Of a DNA stretch of 56,253 nt, positions 22,815-36,133 are shown piece after piece (the first letter of the stretch is position 1; the number at the start of each line of letters is the position of its first letter). The stretch is from contig NIVC01003578.1 in the NCBI GenBank assembly GCA_002269645.1, positions 1-56,253 of the forward strand. Direction: 5' to 3'. This DNA comes from Macrostomum lignano. Its lineage: Eukaryota. Position numbers and translations under genes: made by a program. The notes beneath the pieces were generated by a model. That model was not told the origin of the DNA. It was given only the letters and a program-made list of their open reading frames with translations, and did not search any database.

Positions 22815-23188
22815 CAGGGGCGTAGCCAGGAATTTTGATTGGGGGGGCCGTGAGTTAGGGGGCGCCAGCTTCTTATAGGGGGGCGCCAGTTTCTTTTAGG
22901 GGGGGGGGCGCCAGTTTCTTATAGGGGGGCGCCAGTTTCTTTTAGGGGGGGCGCCAGTTTCTTTTAGGGGGGGCGCCAGTTTCTTTTAGGGGGGGGGGTG
23001 CCAGTTTCTTTTAGGGGGGGGGGCGCCAGTTTCTTATAGGGGGGGCGCCAGTTTCTTATAGGGGGGGGGCGCCAGTTTCTTATAGGGGGGGGGGCGCCAG
23101 TTTCTTTTAGGGGGGGGGGCGCCAAGGCCAGAGTTGGTGATTGGGGGGGGCCACGGCCCCCCTTGCCCCCCCTCTGGCTACGCCCCTG
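22815..23188. mobile_element. hAT-type MITE with internal G-rich ~22-bp repeats
   Basis: TIR CAGGGGCGTAGCCAG / CTGGCTACGCCCCTG; perfect 8-bp TSD CATTAAGC; internal (GGGGGGCGCCAGTTTCTT(T/A)TAG)n. Confidence 0.88.
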
Positions 23189-25198
23189 CATTAAGCCTGT
23201 AATATATCCACGAAATTAAGCTCTACGTGTCTACCAGTGCCATATTAGGGTGCTCTCCAGTACGTGAACATGCAAAACTTTCTTTGCTGAGAATGCTGTA
23301 TGGAATGTGGCTCAAAATCAACTATGTAAGGCTGTCGCGCATTCCATTGTTTGCGTAAATTTAAAAAAGTTTCAACGTACGAGCGTACATATGAAACATG
23401 CATGAACACAGACAGCGTGGGTTAGTTAAAATTATGTTAATTTATAAGCTTCCGATTTTCGTCTCTCGATAGGAAGTCAGTCTGTGGTGTACATGTAATT
23501 TACTCGTAATTTGTATACAGAAGTACTGAAGCATTATGCATGCATGTATTTACATAAAAGTGCAGATCGTTACAAACAAGGACTAAATCTTTTCTCGCAT
23601 TGTCTTTGAACGTATACTTTGTATTTTTATTCATACTTTTCCATGTCTGTTATGTTTTCTGCTCCGACCTGGAGCTGCTACATTTAAGTAAGAAGGCTCG
23701 AGCTATCGTATTGCTCCGGTTGATTTAACTCCTCTTGGGATTCATTTTGTAAAAACTTTATTATAAAATAATAGGTTGTGCCCTAGACAACAAAACATTG
23801 GGCTGCGGCATACTAAGTGTCGATCTTCTCTGTTAATATACAACAATTGGAGATTATACATACGGTACTAGAGGTAAACAATAAGCAAAATCACGATATT
23901 TATCGTGAAATTGTGTACCGTATGTATAGATTTATTGTCACTATAGTTTAGCAACTCGACTAGAAGCATTGTTTAACGCTTGTAGCTATATGAATCTGCC
24001 ATACTTGTAGTTATAATAACATAGGCGCGGTTTTATATACTAAAGGCTTGTTTACTTGCCTTCTCTCTCCGCCTCACTCCGCCACGGTTCTAGCTACGCC
24101 TTCGCCAGCCTCAGCCACGCCACTTCCACTGTCTGTCGAGCTCTCACTACGAGCACCGCCACTGTACGTTCACCGCCATCACTTCGTCACCGTTGCCTCA
24201 AACTCATCGACCCACTCTGCCTTCTACCATCTAACTTATTGTTGTGTAGCCGCCAGTGCATCGTTTGCGAATTCAACTAGTACTTTGACCTATCTCGATC
24301 TGTTAACCGACCAGGACGGAATTAATAATAGCAAACCTAACTGTCCTCTCATACGTTACAATAAACAGAGTGTGCGGCCATTGCCCGCATCAGTCGCCAT
24401 TACTGCCAAGTGCTACCGCTACAAAATTGCCTCGGCCGTATTTGTCTTCGTCGATTATCGAGGCCGCCACATTATCGTCACAGAGCCTATTGCATTAAAG
24501 CCCATTAAAGAACCAACTTAAAATTTACGCTTGTGTGAAATCGGCTGCTGAGCTGGATCGTAGACTTAATCAAATTAAATAAATTAACCGCTACACCAGA
24601 TAAGACTTCCGTCTTAATCGTCACATTATTATCGCGTTATATCCAGCAAGCTTTAGCTGATATTTCACACCGTCAGATATGAAATTTACAAGCAGTTAGA
24701 ATTATTAGGAAAAAAGATATAAATAAATAATAAAGAAAATAAAGTTAATGTATGCTATTCATTTTGCTTCGTTTTAGGTATTAGCTAGAAACTTTTTTAA
24801 TGTTACTTCGGATTTAGTAAATGTACGAGTTTAATTTAAAACAGTACTATATAGGGCCGATCGCTCTTCTGGAGGCCGCCCGCTTAAAAAATCGAAGCCG
24901 ATTCCTGGTTAAATTCCAAGTTAAACTGTGAATATTCAAGATTTATCTAGGAATGGTGGGAAATTCGAGACTGTATGAGCTTTCTGTGTGAGGTTGTGTG
25001 GGCGCACTCGCGGAGTCAGCTAGTTCGCGACTATGCGGCTATCTTACCAGTACGTACCATATACCAAGTCGTCGACGGCCTCGACCGGCGACCTGCTCAA
25101 TGCGACGGCGCCACTGTGATGAATAACCTTTGTTTCCTTTCTGCAATTACTTTTTCTATAATTAAATATTTTTATAAAGTTTAAATTTACAGTATGTG

Positions 25199-25386
25199 CA
25201 GGGGCGTAGCCAGGAATTTCCTACGGGGGGGGATACACCAAGGTGAATTTCCTACGGGGGGGGATACACCAAGGTAAAAGTGCTCACATGGTAGCATGTA
25301 TGGCGAAAAAGTGCAACAAAAAAGTTTTGGTCAGGCTCTTCGGGGGGGGGATACATCCCCCCTGATCCCCCCTCCCTACGCCACTG
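25199..25386. mobile_element. hAT-type MITE, related TIRs
   Basis: CAGGGGCGTAG…CTACGCCACTG; perfect 8-bp TSD AGTATGTG. Confidence 0.85.
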
Positions 25387-25404
25387 AGTATGTGGTGAGA
25401 AAGT

Positions 25405-25975
25405 GGTGACAATACCTATATCCTGATTATTTGCCTCAATTTTGTTATATGATACCGAATGAAAAATATAAGTGAAAATTGAAATAAACATAGCCATGAT
25501 AGCATAAATGCTAAAATTTTAGCTTACTAGATCACAATCCTTATATCACTTTCATTATTTGATGTCTTCAATGAAGAATTTGTTAAAAATGTATCATAAA
25601 ATGAAAGTAAGGGGGTATGAAAGACAAAGCAAAAATGAGGGAGAATAGTAAGAATTGGATGTAACCAGCCAAGAATTCTATAATTGTAGCTATAATTGTA
25701 CCTTACATTCACTTTTGTTATATGAAGCCCTCAATAAAAATTTGCTTTTTCATTTTCATTTCTACCCCTTCACTTTTGTTTTATGATGTATTAGTAGTAG
25801 TCTTCATTGAAGGCATTGTATAATGAAAGTAAATATAAGGATTATGCTTTATTAAGGTATGATTGTAGCATTTTTGCAATCATGGCTATGTCTATTTTAA
25901 TTCTTACTATTTTACTATTTTACTTTGTTATCATATAACAAAATTGACACAACAATCTGGGTATTATAAAGCAAA
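25405..25975. repeat. Degenerate ~570-bp palindrome (foldback) centred near 25690
   Basis: Left-arm blocks (TTGTTATATGATAC, CATAGCCATGAT, AATCCTTATAT, TCTTCAATGAAGA) have reverse complements in mirror order on the right arm (GTTATCATATAACAA, ATCATGGCTATG, ATATAAGGATT, TCTTCATTGAAG). Confidence 0.8.
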
Positions 25976-26558
25976 AGAATGCTAAGTTTTTATGTTATAT
26001 TTCTTATTTATTAGGTAACTAATTATTAAAATACAAATATATAAACTTATAATTATTAATGATACCATTAGATTATGAATATATGGCAAGGCAGTTAGAT
26101 TGAGTTTTGGTCATAGATATCCAGAAACATAATTTTAAATGTTTAGTAAAAGGTTGAAGGATTAAAACAGAGGATATATTTTGAAGTTATTAAAGTTAAC
26201 TTATTTTCAATGTGGCTAGCCAACAACTTGCCCTTAGGCCTTGAATTTATTTGGCTACAGGTATTTGCCTTAAGAATTAAGAATACATGAGGTTTAAACA
26301 AAAATTAAAGCAAATAAGAAAATTCATTAAATATTGATAGGCTGTCAATACTACATAAAAGAATTAGTCAAGTTTACTATTTAGGCTTATGAGAACTAGC
26401 CTTGGTCATTATTTGACTAGAAGATGAATATATAACTAGCAAACTAAAAATAGCATATGATCAATTCACATTTTTCTAGATTATTCAACTGGCAAGCTAT
26501 ACAAGCAACTAAATTGGACAAAGTATCCTGGTCATTAGATGAAATAATTTGGCCAATT

Positions 26559-27343
26559 GGGCCATTCCATATAATTATGGTCGTAACATAACAGACTATT
26601 TTCACTAATAAAATGAAATCTAATAATAGAATATACTAAACCAATATTTTGAATGAAAGATTTTTTGTCAAGAATATGTTTATAAAGTTTCATATAGATA
26701 TCATCATTAGTATAGATGCTATTAAACCTTGAATGGCACTTATGGTCGTAACAACAGGATTTTTGACATATAGAAACTAAAAGGCAAAAGTCTTATAACA
26801 TTTTCATTTTTGATATTTTGCAATAATTTTTTTAAATTTGACTAAGAACATCTTTAGAAGTCATAATGCTCTTTTATTAGAATATATAAACTCAAAAAGG
26901 CAACAAAGATAAAAGAAAAGGTAGCCTTATGGTCGTAACATTTTGGTTGTAACATATTTTTTTCTGTCAATTCAGTAACTTTGAAGTACTAATATATTAA
27001 AAATATAATAGATTATATGGTTGCTAATGTTTTTATCTGATGATGCAAGTACTATAATTTTATATATAGTTTGTTTTAACCTTCTAAAGCTTTCTATTTG
27101 TTTTTAAAAGGTACATAAACTTAATGATGTCTTTTGCTTAGAAAATGTCTAATTTTTTACAAAAATAATTTTTTGCCAATTGATAACATACTAATCCAAC
27201 ATTTTATAATTTATTTATTCTTAGATTGTATACATTATATACAAAAAAGATTTGGTAAAAAAATGGCCAATAAGGCAACGACAAGCAAAAATATTGACTT
27301 TTTTCTATTTTCCAAATATGTCCATCTTATATGGAATGGGCCC
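26559..27343. mobile_element. Possible degenerate MITE (GGG…CCC termini)
   Basis: GGGCCATTCCATATAA at 26559 is inverted at ~27327-27343 (TTATATGGAATGGGCCC); ATT flanks both sides. Confidence 0.45.
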
Positions 27344-28995
27344 ATTGGATTTGGCCATTTTGCTAAAAAACCACATACTTTTGCTAGTAAAAAAGTTGTT
27401 CATTCTATTGTAATGCTTTATTAGATTCAAAATCTATTAAATCCCTTTGATATTCCAGTGCTCTTGAGAGTTGGTTGACCTTATACTATTTTGTTTTAAA
27501 AGTTGATTTATTTACTTGCTAGTTCAAAAAATTAGAAAATAAATCCTAGGAAAAACCAAATATTGGATACTATATAAACATATTTTATTTTGCATTTATA
27601 CTCATAATAACAATTTAGGCTAAGGGTTGGCAAACTTTTTATATTGATGGCTAGATATAGGGGTTGAAATAGAGGGGTGTTTTTAAACTGTGTGAGGGAT
27701 TTTAAATTTCCACTGTTTCCATGGTAATGGAGTTCTATACTAAAGATTTGTTTGAATGCGCCTATCGTCTCCCCCTCCCCCTTTTTGGTTTGGTATAAAT
27801 AGAAGCAATTTTTGCACCTAGAGAGGCGAACACTTTTCTTTTGCCAACCGATCTTTCGGTTTAAAGGTGATTTGCCTAGCAAATTGAGGAGTTTTTCCAT
27901 CTTTCCTTATTTGCTGGAATCAAGAGCAAATACTCATTGGACAGGTAGAAGTTACCAAGAGCACAAGACAAACAGTCTAACAGTCAATAGCAAACTTGCA
28001 AAGATCAGAGGCATTATTCAGCCAATTGACAAGGGAGAAATATCCCAATAGAACTATTCAAACTGAACAGCCAATGGGAAGTTGTATATGACAAGAGTAA
28101 ATCCATAAGAGGAAATTGAAATTCACTGGGCAACCTCAATCCATTGGAGGGCGCTGCTTTAAGACTGAGTCACCCCCTTCTTTTCCTAGCTAAACAGTGT
28201 CTTGCCGCTCGGGCACTGTGTGCTACCAGGGCAATCTGTACTTACGTGAAAGCTCATAATCTCAAACTCAGTCACACCATATTTTAGTAGTTTATGATGA
28301 ATCTACAAAATAATAGCTAATTTCGTGGAATTCTAGAATTATAGCAAATTTTAGCCTAGTATAACTTGGTGTTAGCAGTGAGATCTAAAGAATAATTTAA
28401 ACACCCCTACAACAACTTGGTGGCACAGTGGGATAAAATAAAATAATAGTAAAGAGGCCTACAACAGGGTCATACTATAAAGCTGTTGTAGCATAAGTTT
28501 GATCATAAGTTGGAACTTTTACACTGTAGAGATAGGAGCTAAGAATGATCTTATCTTACAATGGCTTTATAGAATTGGCCCACATACTATAGGGTAGGAT
28601 GATAAGATGGAATAGAAGAGAGGAGAGAAGAGAATAGAGATTAGAAAGAGGAGAGCTAAGAAGAGTTACAAATCTTAAGTAGGCCAGATTGCTATTATGA
28701 AGTTTCAAAGGACTCCAGGGTGGGACCACAGGTTTAGACTTATTTTTGTCAAATTTTGAATTTCATTATTCTTGTTTTTTAAGACTATCTAGACCTATCA
28801 TTTCTGATAACAATTAATATGTTGCTCATATATACTAAAGGCTTATTTTATATTAGTTTAACTGTTTGAATAAATGAATATAGTAGGTCTTCTTACAGTT
28901 TAAATTTTATTGATTCAGTTGCTTTACTCAAAGCCATGGTGACTTATTAGCTTGATATTTTATAAAATTGCATTACACCACATGCATTTTTGCAG

Positions 28996-29070
28996 ATGGC
29001 TACTGTAGAAGACTTGCTTGACCTGGGCAGCGAAGCTCCAGTGCCCAACATATCGGAAGTCAGCTTAAAT
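28996..29070 (+). other. Isolated candidate 75-nt exon (MATVEDLLDLGSEAPVPNISEVSLN)
   Basis: TTTTTGCAG acceptor directly before ATG, and GTGAGT donor at 29071; host transcript unknown. Confidence 0.35.
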
Positions 29071-30543
29071 GTGAGTTTTCTACAAACTTTTTCAAGGTAA
29101 ATAAACGCTTAGAATTTAGCCAGTCAGAGGCCTTGCAAATGTGCAACTTGGCGACAAACTTTAGCCTGATCAGCAGCAGCCGAGTATCGATCTGTTGATG
29201 ATGGATACTGGAGAGCAGGTTTGTCATTGATTGATAGGGGGATCACAATGCTGCATCATCTGTTGTCTTTAAGCACTGTGTTAGCTATAGCTAGTCTATA
29301 ATACGTAAGTTATGCGCACCAGTTCACTCGAAAATGCAAGTTCAATATTTTTATTAAAATTTTTATCAAGACACCGCAAAATCAGCGATACTCTTGCTAG
29401 TCTTGCATTATTCTTGTGCGTTGTGCTAAAAATAGGCCCTGGGCTGCACTGGATACGGGGCTGATAGGCTTTTGCTGATCGATCCAATCTAGCCTGTGAG
29501 CGCACTCTATTGATTTGGCTCCAACGCCTTGCCTTCTGTCCCTGCGTGCGCTCGGCCTTGCACTCATGTACTGAAGGCGCCTTCCTTGTCCTGCCCTCCT
29601 CCCTAAACTGCCATTCTTTGAGACTGAAAGAAAGCAAGCCAGAAATACTGCTTTTAACCGAGTAGCCAAGTGCTCAAACAGTTTTTTTATGCGGCGCAAA
29701 TCCCGCTGTTGGGGAACGAGGGGTGCCCGGCTTTCTTCGCCTCTTCTAGGAGAGTTGGGCGGGGCTAACGCGCCTTTCTGACTTGCGGACTCCTTCATTC
29801 TGCAACCCCGAATTTCACCGCGACTGCATGGTAGCGACTGGCTTCTTTGGCTGCTTGCTACAGATTTCCTGCCAGTTTCAAAAGTCTGCTTATTTTGCTC
29901 TCGGCCCCGCGCTCTCTCGCCCTCGGTTTTCGACTTGCTGGCTTTGTACTGCTTCTGCTGTTGCTGTTTGCTGCTTTTGCGTCCTTTTTTTGCGGGGCGA
30001 GGCTCCGGGATCTCTGAGCGCGTATTTAAGCGAACTCCCGCGCTCTTGTAAGAAAATTGCTCCACTGGGGGGCTTCTGCTGTACAAGCAAATCAAATTGC
30101 CCAGCCTGATTGTCACTGGGGGATGATTTTCTAACCGAACCCGCTGTTCTAGTCTGGCTAGAGACCCGCGCCGCGCACCTGCACGCATCGCCACCAGCAA
30201 CCATCTCCGGCTTTCTTTGCGCGCTCGCCAGCGTGCGTAAGTTTTGCGACAGTCTGTTTTGCGTTTCTTTAAGGGCGCCGTTCTGCCGGCCGATACGGTA
30301 CTGCAATTATACCCTGTACTCCCTGTACACCAAATTGTGCGCGTTGTTTCCTTAACTTTTGCACCTGGATTATATTTTTAATTCAACAAATGATTGAATA
30401 AAACTTTGAAATTAGAAATTTTATTCGGCACTTCTTGCACCTTTTTAACTGTCTGGTAGTCATAAAGTTTTGCAATGTGGACGTAGCTTTGTACTTGTGC
30501 TAGGTCTATTGAATGAACTGGGTTTTGCATGCCTACATGTCGC

Positions 30544-30888
30544 CTCTGGGACAGATGGAGAGACTCTGGGACAGCTGGAGAGACTCTGGGACAGCTGGAG
30601 AGACTCCAAAAACAGATGGAGAGACTCTGGGACAGATGGAGAGACTCTGGGACAGATGGTGAGACTCTGTGACAGATGGAGAGACTCTGGGACAGATGGA
30701 GAGACTCTGGGACAGGTGGAGAGACTCTGGGACAGATGGAGAGACTCTGAGACAGATGGAGAGACTCTGGGACAGATGGTGAGACTCTGGGACAAATGGA
30801 GAGACTCTGGGACAGATAGAGAGACTCTGGGACAGATGGAGAGACTCTGGGACAGGTTGAGAGACTCTGGGACAAGTGGAGAGACTCA
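30544..30888. repeat. 20-bp minisatellite (CTCTGGGACAGATGGAGAGA)n
   Basis: Visible tandem array of ~17 copies. Confidence 0.95.
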
Positions 30889-31670
30889 GAAACCAAAAAT
30901 ATGTACAGATCCACTTGTTCACTGCACACTTTGGTGGGCCAGTTTTTTCTTAATTTTACATCCGTCGTCTTATATACTAAAACTGAAAAGTTGTGTAGCC
31001 ATTTGCTAAATGACTTTCATTCCTTATCTTTATCTAACTATCCAACTTTCTAGCCTGCCCAGCATTTCCTATGTGTCAGTGTCTATTTAATCTGAGAAAA
31101 TGTTTACCAATCTAGGCCGGCAATCGCGGACTCGACGCGTTAGAGAAACCAGTTGCCAAGGTAAACAAATTGGATGGTGACGCAGTTACTATGGTGTGGT
31201 TATTATTATTTTATACCTAATGTGTATTGTGTTGCAATATTATCTTGATGGACTCGATGTGCGCACTGGAATTTTCATTACTGCCGGTTTTGAGGCGGTG
31301 CCGGGCGGTTAATCAGCTGTTCATTCTCAAGTGTTTCTCTGTCCATTTCGGTATTGCGCAGTGCCTCCGCCTGCCTGTGTCAATTATATGTATCGGCACT
31401 GGGCAGCTATCTATTTAATGTAGTCCACAAGCAGTGCCTTTTTGATTCAGCTGTGTTATAGTCCCGGCTGCCGCTTGATTCGCAGCCTCGCACCAGTGGT
31501 TTCTTACCGGTAATCGGTCTTCATCCGGCCTTGACCCTCGGTGTCGTGTTGTCTGTCTCACCCATTCAATAAGCCATTGTGAAGGCACTTTTTGTTCATC
31601 CAATTGCCTGTCGGTGTCGGTCTTGACTGATTCTGGTGTTGCCGCGACAAGCAGGCTCGCAGAACCCGAA

Positions 31671-34600
31671 ATGCATTCGCTATGCGGCCGCGTCGAATTG
31701 CAGAGACAGTCGGCCGCATCGACAGACCGGCAGTCGGAGGAGGACTCGGCCAGCTTAGCCTCCGCCGCTACCTACACTGTGCGCACCGAGCCGCAGCTCC
31801 GGCCCGGTGGCACCTTCACATTGCGCAAGTCCCGGCTCAGACAGCCGACCCCGCTGCAGCCAGGCATGCCCATCTCCTCGGGCGCCTCCCAGCTGGCCAA
31901 GTCCACCCCGAACCTGTTGGCCGCCGAGGACAAGCCGCCCAAGGCCAGGCATAAGCAGCCTCCGGCTTCCCTCTCCCCCGCTGATGGCGCCCTGTCCAAG
32001 GCAAAGTCCCGCTCCGTCACCAGCCTGCCCTCCGGCCACCGCAGCCGAACGGTGCCGCCAGGCCGCAGTCCGATCACGCCGAAGAACTACCCGGTGCACA
32101 GCTGCACCGGCGCCGCCAGTCGCCGAGGCTCCGAGTCGCGCCACCCCAGCGGCGGCGGCAGCGGAGAGCGGATGATTGACGCGCCGCCGCGCATCGAGAC
32201 TCGGGGCTCCCGGCAGCGCCAGCGTCAGCAGCAGTTGTACGGCACCAAGCCGCCTTGGGCCACGGACGAAGACTTCGAGGCTGACTGGACAACGTCCGCT
32301 CGGCCGTTTTATCCCGCTGGTGACGCTTCTTCTGCAGGCGGCAGCGGCGAGCCCGTGCGAATGCGCCGGCTGAAGGCGGCCCGCGAGCTGTACAAGTCTC
32401 CTCAAAGCCGCAGCCAGTACTCCGGCAGCGTTGACAACCTGCTCAGACAGGCTGAGTCTGAGGCGGCCGTCTCGTCCTCGGCAAACGCATTGACCTCGCC
32501 AAGCCCAACCAGGCAGAGTCCCTCCAGGCAGCAGCAGCATCTCAACAGGCGCAAGGCGCAGCAGCAGCAGCAGCAGCACGGAAGAGCCGTCCCGACCTCG
32601 GAGACAACGGCCAGCCAAACGCCTCGCAGCCTGACGCGGAGCGAGCCGGACCTGCGGCGCTCCCTGTCCGATGACAGCCTCAACGGGGAGGAAGCTGCTG
32701 CTGTCAAACACGGTGACGAAGCTGGCGTCACGTGCGGAACTTCTCCGCCTGTCCGCAAAGCCAACGCGTCCACCGCTACCTCGCCCGTGCAGACGGAGGC
32801 TGCGCAGTCGGTGACGCACGCTACGCAGACGGTGCCAGACCCGCAGCCGTCCAGCCAGCAGCAGGCAGTCTCGCCTATAGGCGGCGGCTACTCGACCAGC
32901 CTGCAGTTCTCTCCCCCCGCCGCCAAGCGGCAGACCTTCAACCGCACCAAGATGGCGCCTGGTCTCCGGCCGGCTGATGACAAGAAATACCAACCGGCGC
33001 CGCGGGTTCGGCCCTCGCCCATTCGGCCAGCCAACGCTGGCAAGCAGCAGAGCAGGCAGCACAAGGCCGGCCGCGAGCCGAGCCAGAGCAACACGACCAC
33101 CTCCGGCTACCGCAGCGGCGGCAGCTCGCCGCAGCGTCCGCCGCAGCTGGCGCCGCAGAAAAGTCAGCACGAGCGTCAGCGGAGCATGGACGAAGACTCA
33201 CTCACCGAGGACGCCTCGGCGGACACGGAGTTTATCCGTCCGGAACGGGTGGCCAAACCTCGGCCGGCTGATGTCGTGGACGGCGCGCTTCGCCACCTGC
33301 AGGCCGGCCAGCAGGTGAGTTTCGTGCACGAAAGAAACAGCGCGGCGCACTTTGTGCTCACTCAGCCGGTCGATCAGGTGGTGGCTGCCTCCAGCAGCGG
33401 AGGAGACGCGCACACGGACAGCGCCAGTAGGGTGGGGCCCCTGCACCCGCCGGCTATTGCACACTTTGGCAGGCGATTGCGCACTCAGAACTCTGCCGGC
33501 TCCCTTGACGACGATGAGGCCGCGGTGGCCGAGAATTTAGCTCCCTCCTCTCACGATGGAACCTCGCAGGACGGCACCAGCCTAGAGGATGAGGCGGCGG
33601 GGGCGGCCGCTACCGAGTACGGACGCCAGCCGCAGGCGCAGCCAAGGCCGCCTCTGAAGATCGAGCACCCCTACAAGAAAGTGGTGCTGGTTCGAAAGCC
33701 GCAGAGGCACAGCAGTGGGCCCGGCTCAGATAAGAGCTTCAGCAACTCCAGCGATATGATGGTCCTACCTGACAAGGTGCGCAAGGATCGCTCGGTGACT
33801 GATATCAATCTTGACGAGATTTTCGGCACCAGTTCCGCGCCCAGGCCCAGCGAGAAGCTGCCGGAGGACCACGAGGTGAACCAGCGCATCCAGTACTGGC
33901 TGAAGAAGAACATCTACTTCCAGACCAGCGAGCCGGAGGCGGCTCAACACCAGCAGCCGGTAATGGAGGTGCTGGTGCAACAGGAGGAGGATGCTCCGGC
34001 ATCGGAAGACCCAGCAGCTGGGCCTGTTGTGTCCAGCGTGGAGTACCCGATACGCAAGTTCCAGCCGCTGAGGTTCGGCTACATCAGCCCCGGAGTGTCG
34101 CCCGCCGTGCCTGCCGAAACCGCCTCGGACGAAGACGCTGATGCTAACGAGGAGTTGGACGCTGAGCCCAGCTTTGAGGTGTTGAGGCACACGCTGATCT
34201 ACCCAGAGCCCGACCGTCAGGCACGAGACGCCGCCGAGCAGCAGCAGCAGCAGCCAGAGTCGTTCTGGTACGCTGAGAACTCGTCGCCAAGGAATCTGTC
34301 TTACACCTACAATGCTGCGCCCAGCGACTCAAATCCCATTCGCACCGGGAAAGTGCGTGCACTGGCCAGCCGCTTCCAGGAGCAGCAGCAGCCAGCCAAG
34401 TCCCGAGCCGCCTACCATCAGCAGCTTCGCAGGACACCGGCGCCGCCTCAGCAGCAGCAGCCACCGGCTCAGCCTTCATCATCGCACGACGCCATCGTTA
34501 ATCAGCTCCGCCGGTATCAGCAGCAAACTCATCATCAGCAGCAGCAGCAACCGCCGCCTTCGCAGAGCCGGCCTCCGGTGACGTCGAGCTCAAAGCCGAC

Positions 34601-34751
34601 AGCCAGCGGGTCGGACTCCAAGACGTTCTACTTTGGCGACAAGTCGCTGGTGAGCAAGCGCGAAGAGCGCGAGCACTGGGCCAGCCGGTACTTCAATCGG
34701 CCCAATATTGAAATCATCGGCCGGCTGGGCACCGACACGGACGCCAGCCAG
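31671..34751 (+). CDS. LIM-domain gene: very large low-complexity first coding exon
   Basis: Uninterrupted ~1,030-codon GC-rich frame (ATG 31671), Ser/Pro/Gln-rich, ending CAG|GTAAAT in phase 0; contains GKVRALASRFQEQ, similar to helical motifs in later exons. Linkage to the LIM exons is inferred from phase and orientation. Confidence 0.75.
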
Positions 34752-36133
34752 GTAAATTAAGATCACGTGGTCAGTTCTAGCCTGTCAGATTAGCTAGCTT
34801 ACGAGCATTGTGAAACATATCATTGTTTCTGCATACGTTTCTTTGTCTTTCTCAAATGTTGCACTTACCTATCGTTTGTACTTTTGTGCCATCACACACC
34901 TGTCCTGAGAGGTTTATTCTGTGTGTAGTTTAGCTACAGTTTGTATTTTAGCTGTTTATATATATACGATATTGCCTCACTGTTTTGACACTGCTGCTGT
35001 CTCTACACTCTACTGTCATATCGATCAATGCGCAATAGCACTCAGTACCAGTGCGGACACGCCCAAGCCGTGTGCCTGAGCTGTCTACCTGTCCTTACTG
35101 TGCAGCAATACAATATTTTTGGGTGTGGCTGTGGTTATCCAAGCATACCCAATCTGATCAGGTCTCTGCATTCTGTCTTCTTTGTGGGCTGGCTTTACTA
35201 ATTACAAGGACTTTTAATTAGCGTCCCGGATTGAATGTTTCTATTTTGTATTATCAAAGAAAGGAATGCGGCTTAGTGATTCACGGCTCGCGTATAGTAT
35301 ATAATTTATAGTAGTCTGCCTGTCTGTTACAGATTGCTGACGGCAGATCGGGTTGTCTGGTAGAATTCTTTCTTCAGCAATCTTTGTGTTCCAAATTCTC
35401 TCTGTCCGGGTTCGGTCTGGGACTGTACAGTCTGATCCTCTCGCTGACTTCTTGCTCACGCCTCTCTGCCCTGCTGGATTAGATTGCGGGGAGTCGCTCT
35501 TGGCCTTCTGCAGTTCCCCTGCGTTCATCCCATTCTATCTTTTCCCTTCTCCCCTCCTCTTCCCCAATAAGTCGGGCCGTTCCCTGTGCCCCATCGGGGC
35601 CAGCAGTTATGACTCACTCAGGCCGCCAAGGCCTCTTAGCTTGCACTGCGCATTAGTAAGGGCTGGGCGCACTCGATGCTAGCGCGGTACCGACAGTGTG
35701 GTATGGCCCGCTTGTTATTTTACGATCGTATGCTGATTCAAATTTTATTAAGTGCTACCTCTCATTTCAGAGTTTGTATTGAAGTGCCTCTGTACGTGCG
35801 TACGAGGTATAGATGTGCGGTGTTGGCTGTTTTTTGCTGTTTTATTTGCCAGTTTAGTGCATTCCCGGGGTGCTCATTTCAGCCAATTCCCTAATACGCC
35901 CAAAATTTCCCCACACTGTCACTTCTCACGTACTGCAGTATCTGCTCTACCCATATCTATTTGCATTGTTCGTTCTTGAGAAAACTGTACTGCAGCATTT
36001 TTTTGGTTTCAATGCGCATTTGCGCACTACACTACTGGAATAAGTAGATATAATTGCGTTCTTTGTTCGGGAAAAAAGTTTTGTTATTAGAACTTTTCCG
36101 ACTCCGCTAGTATTGTGCTGATATAACTCGCAG

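Noticed and set aside
24048-24521. 157-aa ORF with TTG start
   Set aside because: No ATG, no recognisable motif and no convincing splice signals; cannot be supported.
27134-28051. Short AT-rich ORFs as retroelement pol fragments
   Set aside because: No RT, RNase H or integrase motifs recognisable.
31151-31166. GTTGCCAAGGTAAAC as an X-box or first-exon donor
   Set aside because: Single imperfect match; could be either or neither without expression data.
31755-34482. Multiple overlapping antisense and alternate-frame ORFs
   Set aside because: Expected shadow ORFs of a GC-rich coding exon.
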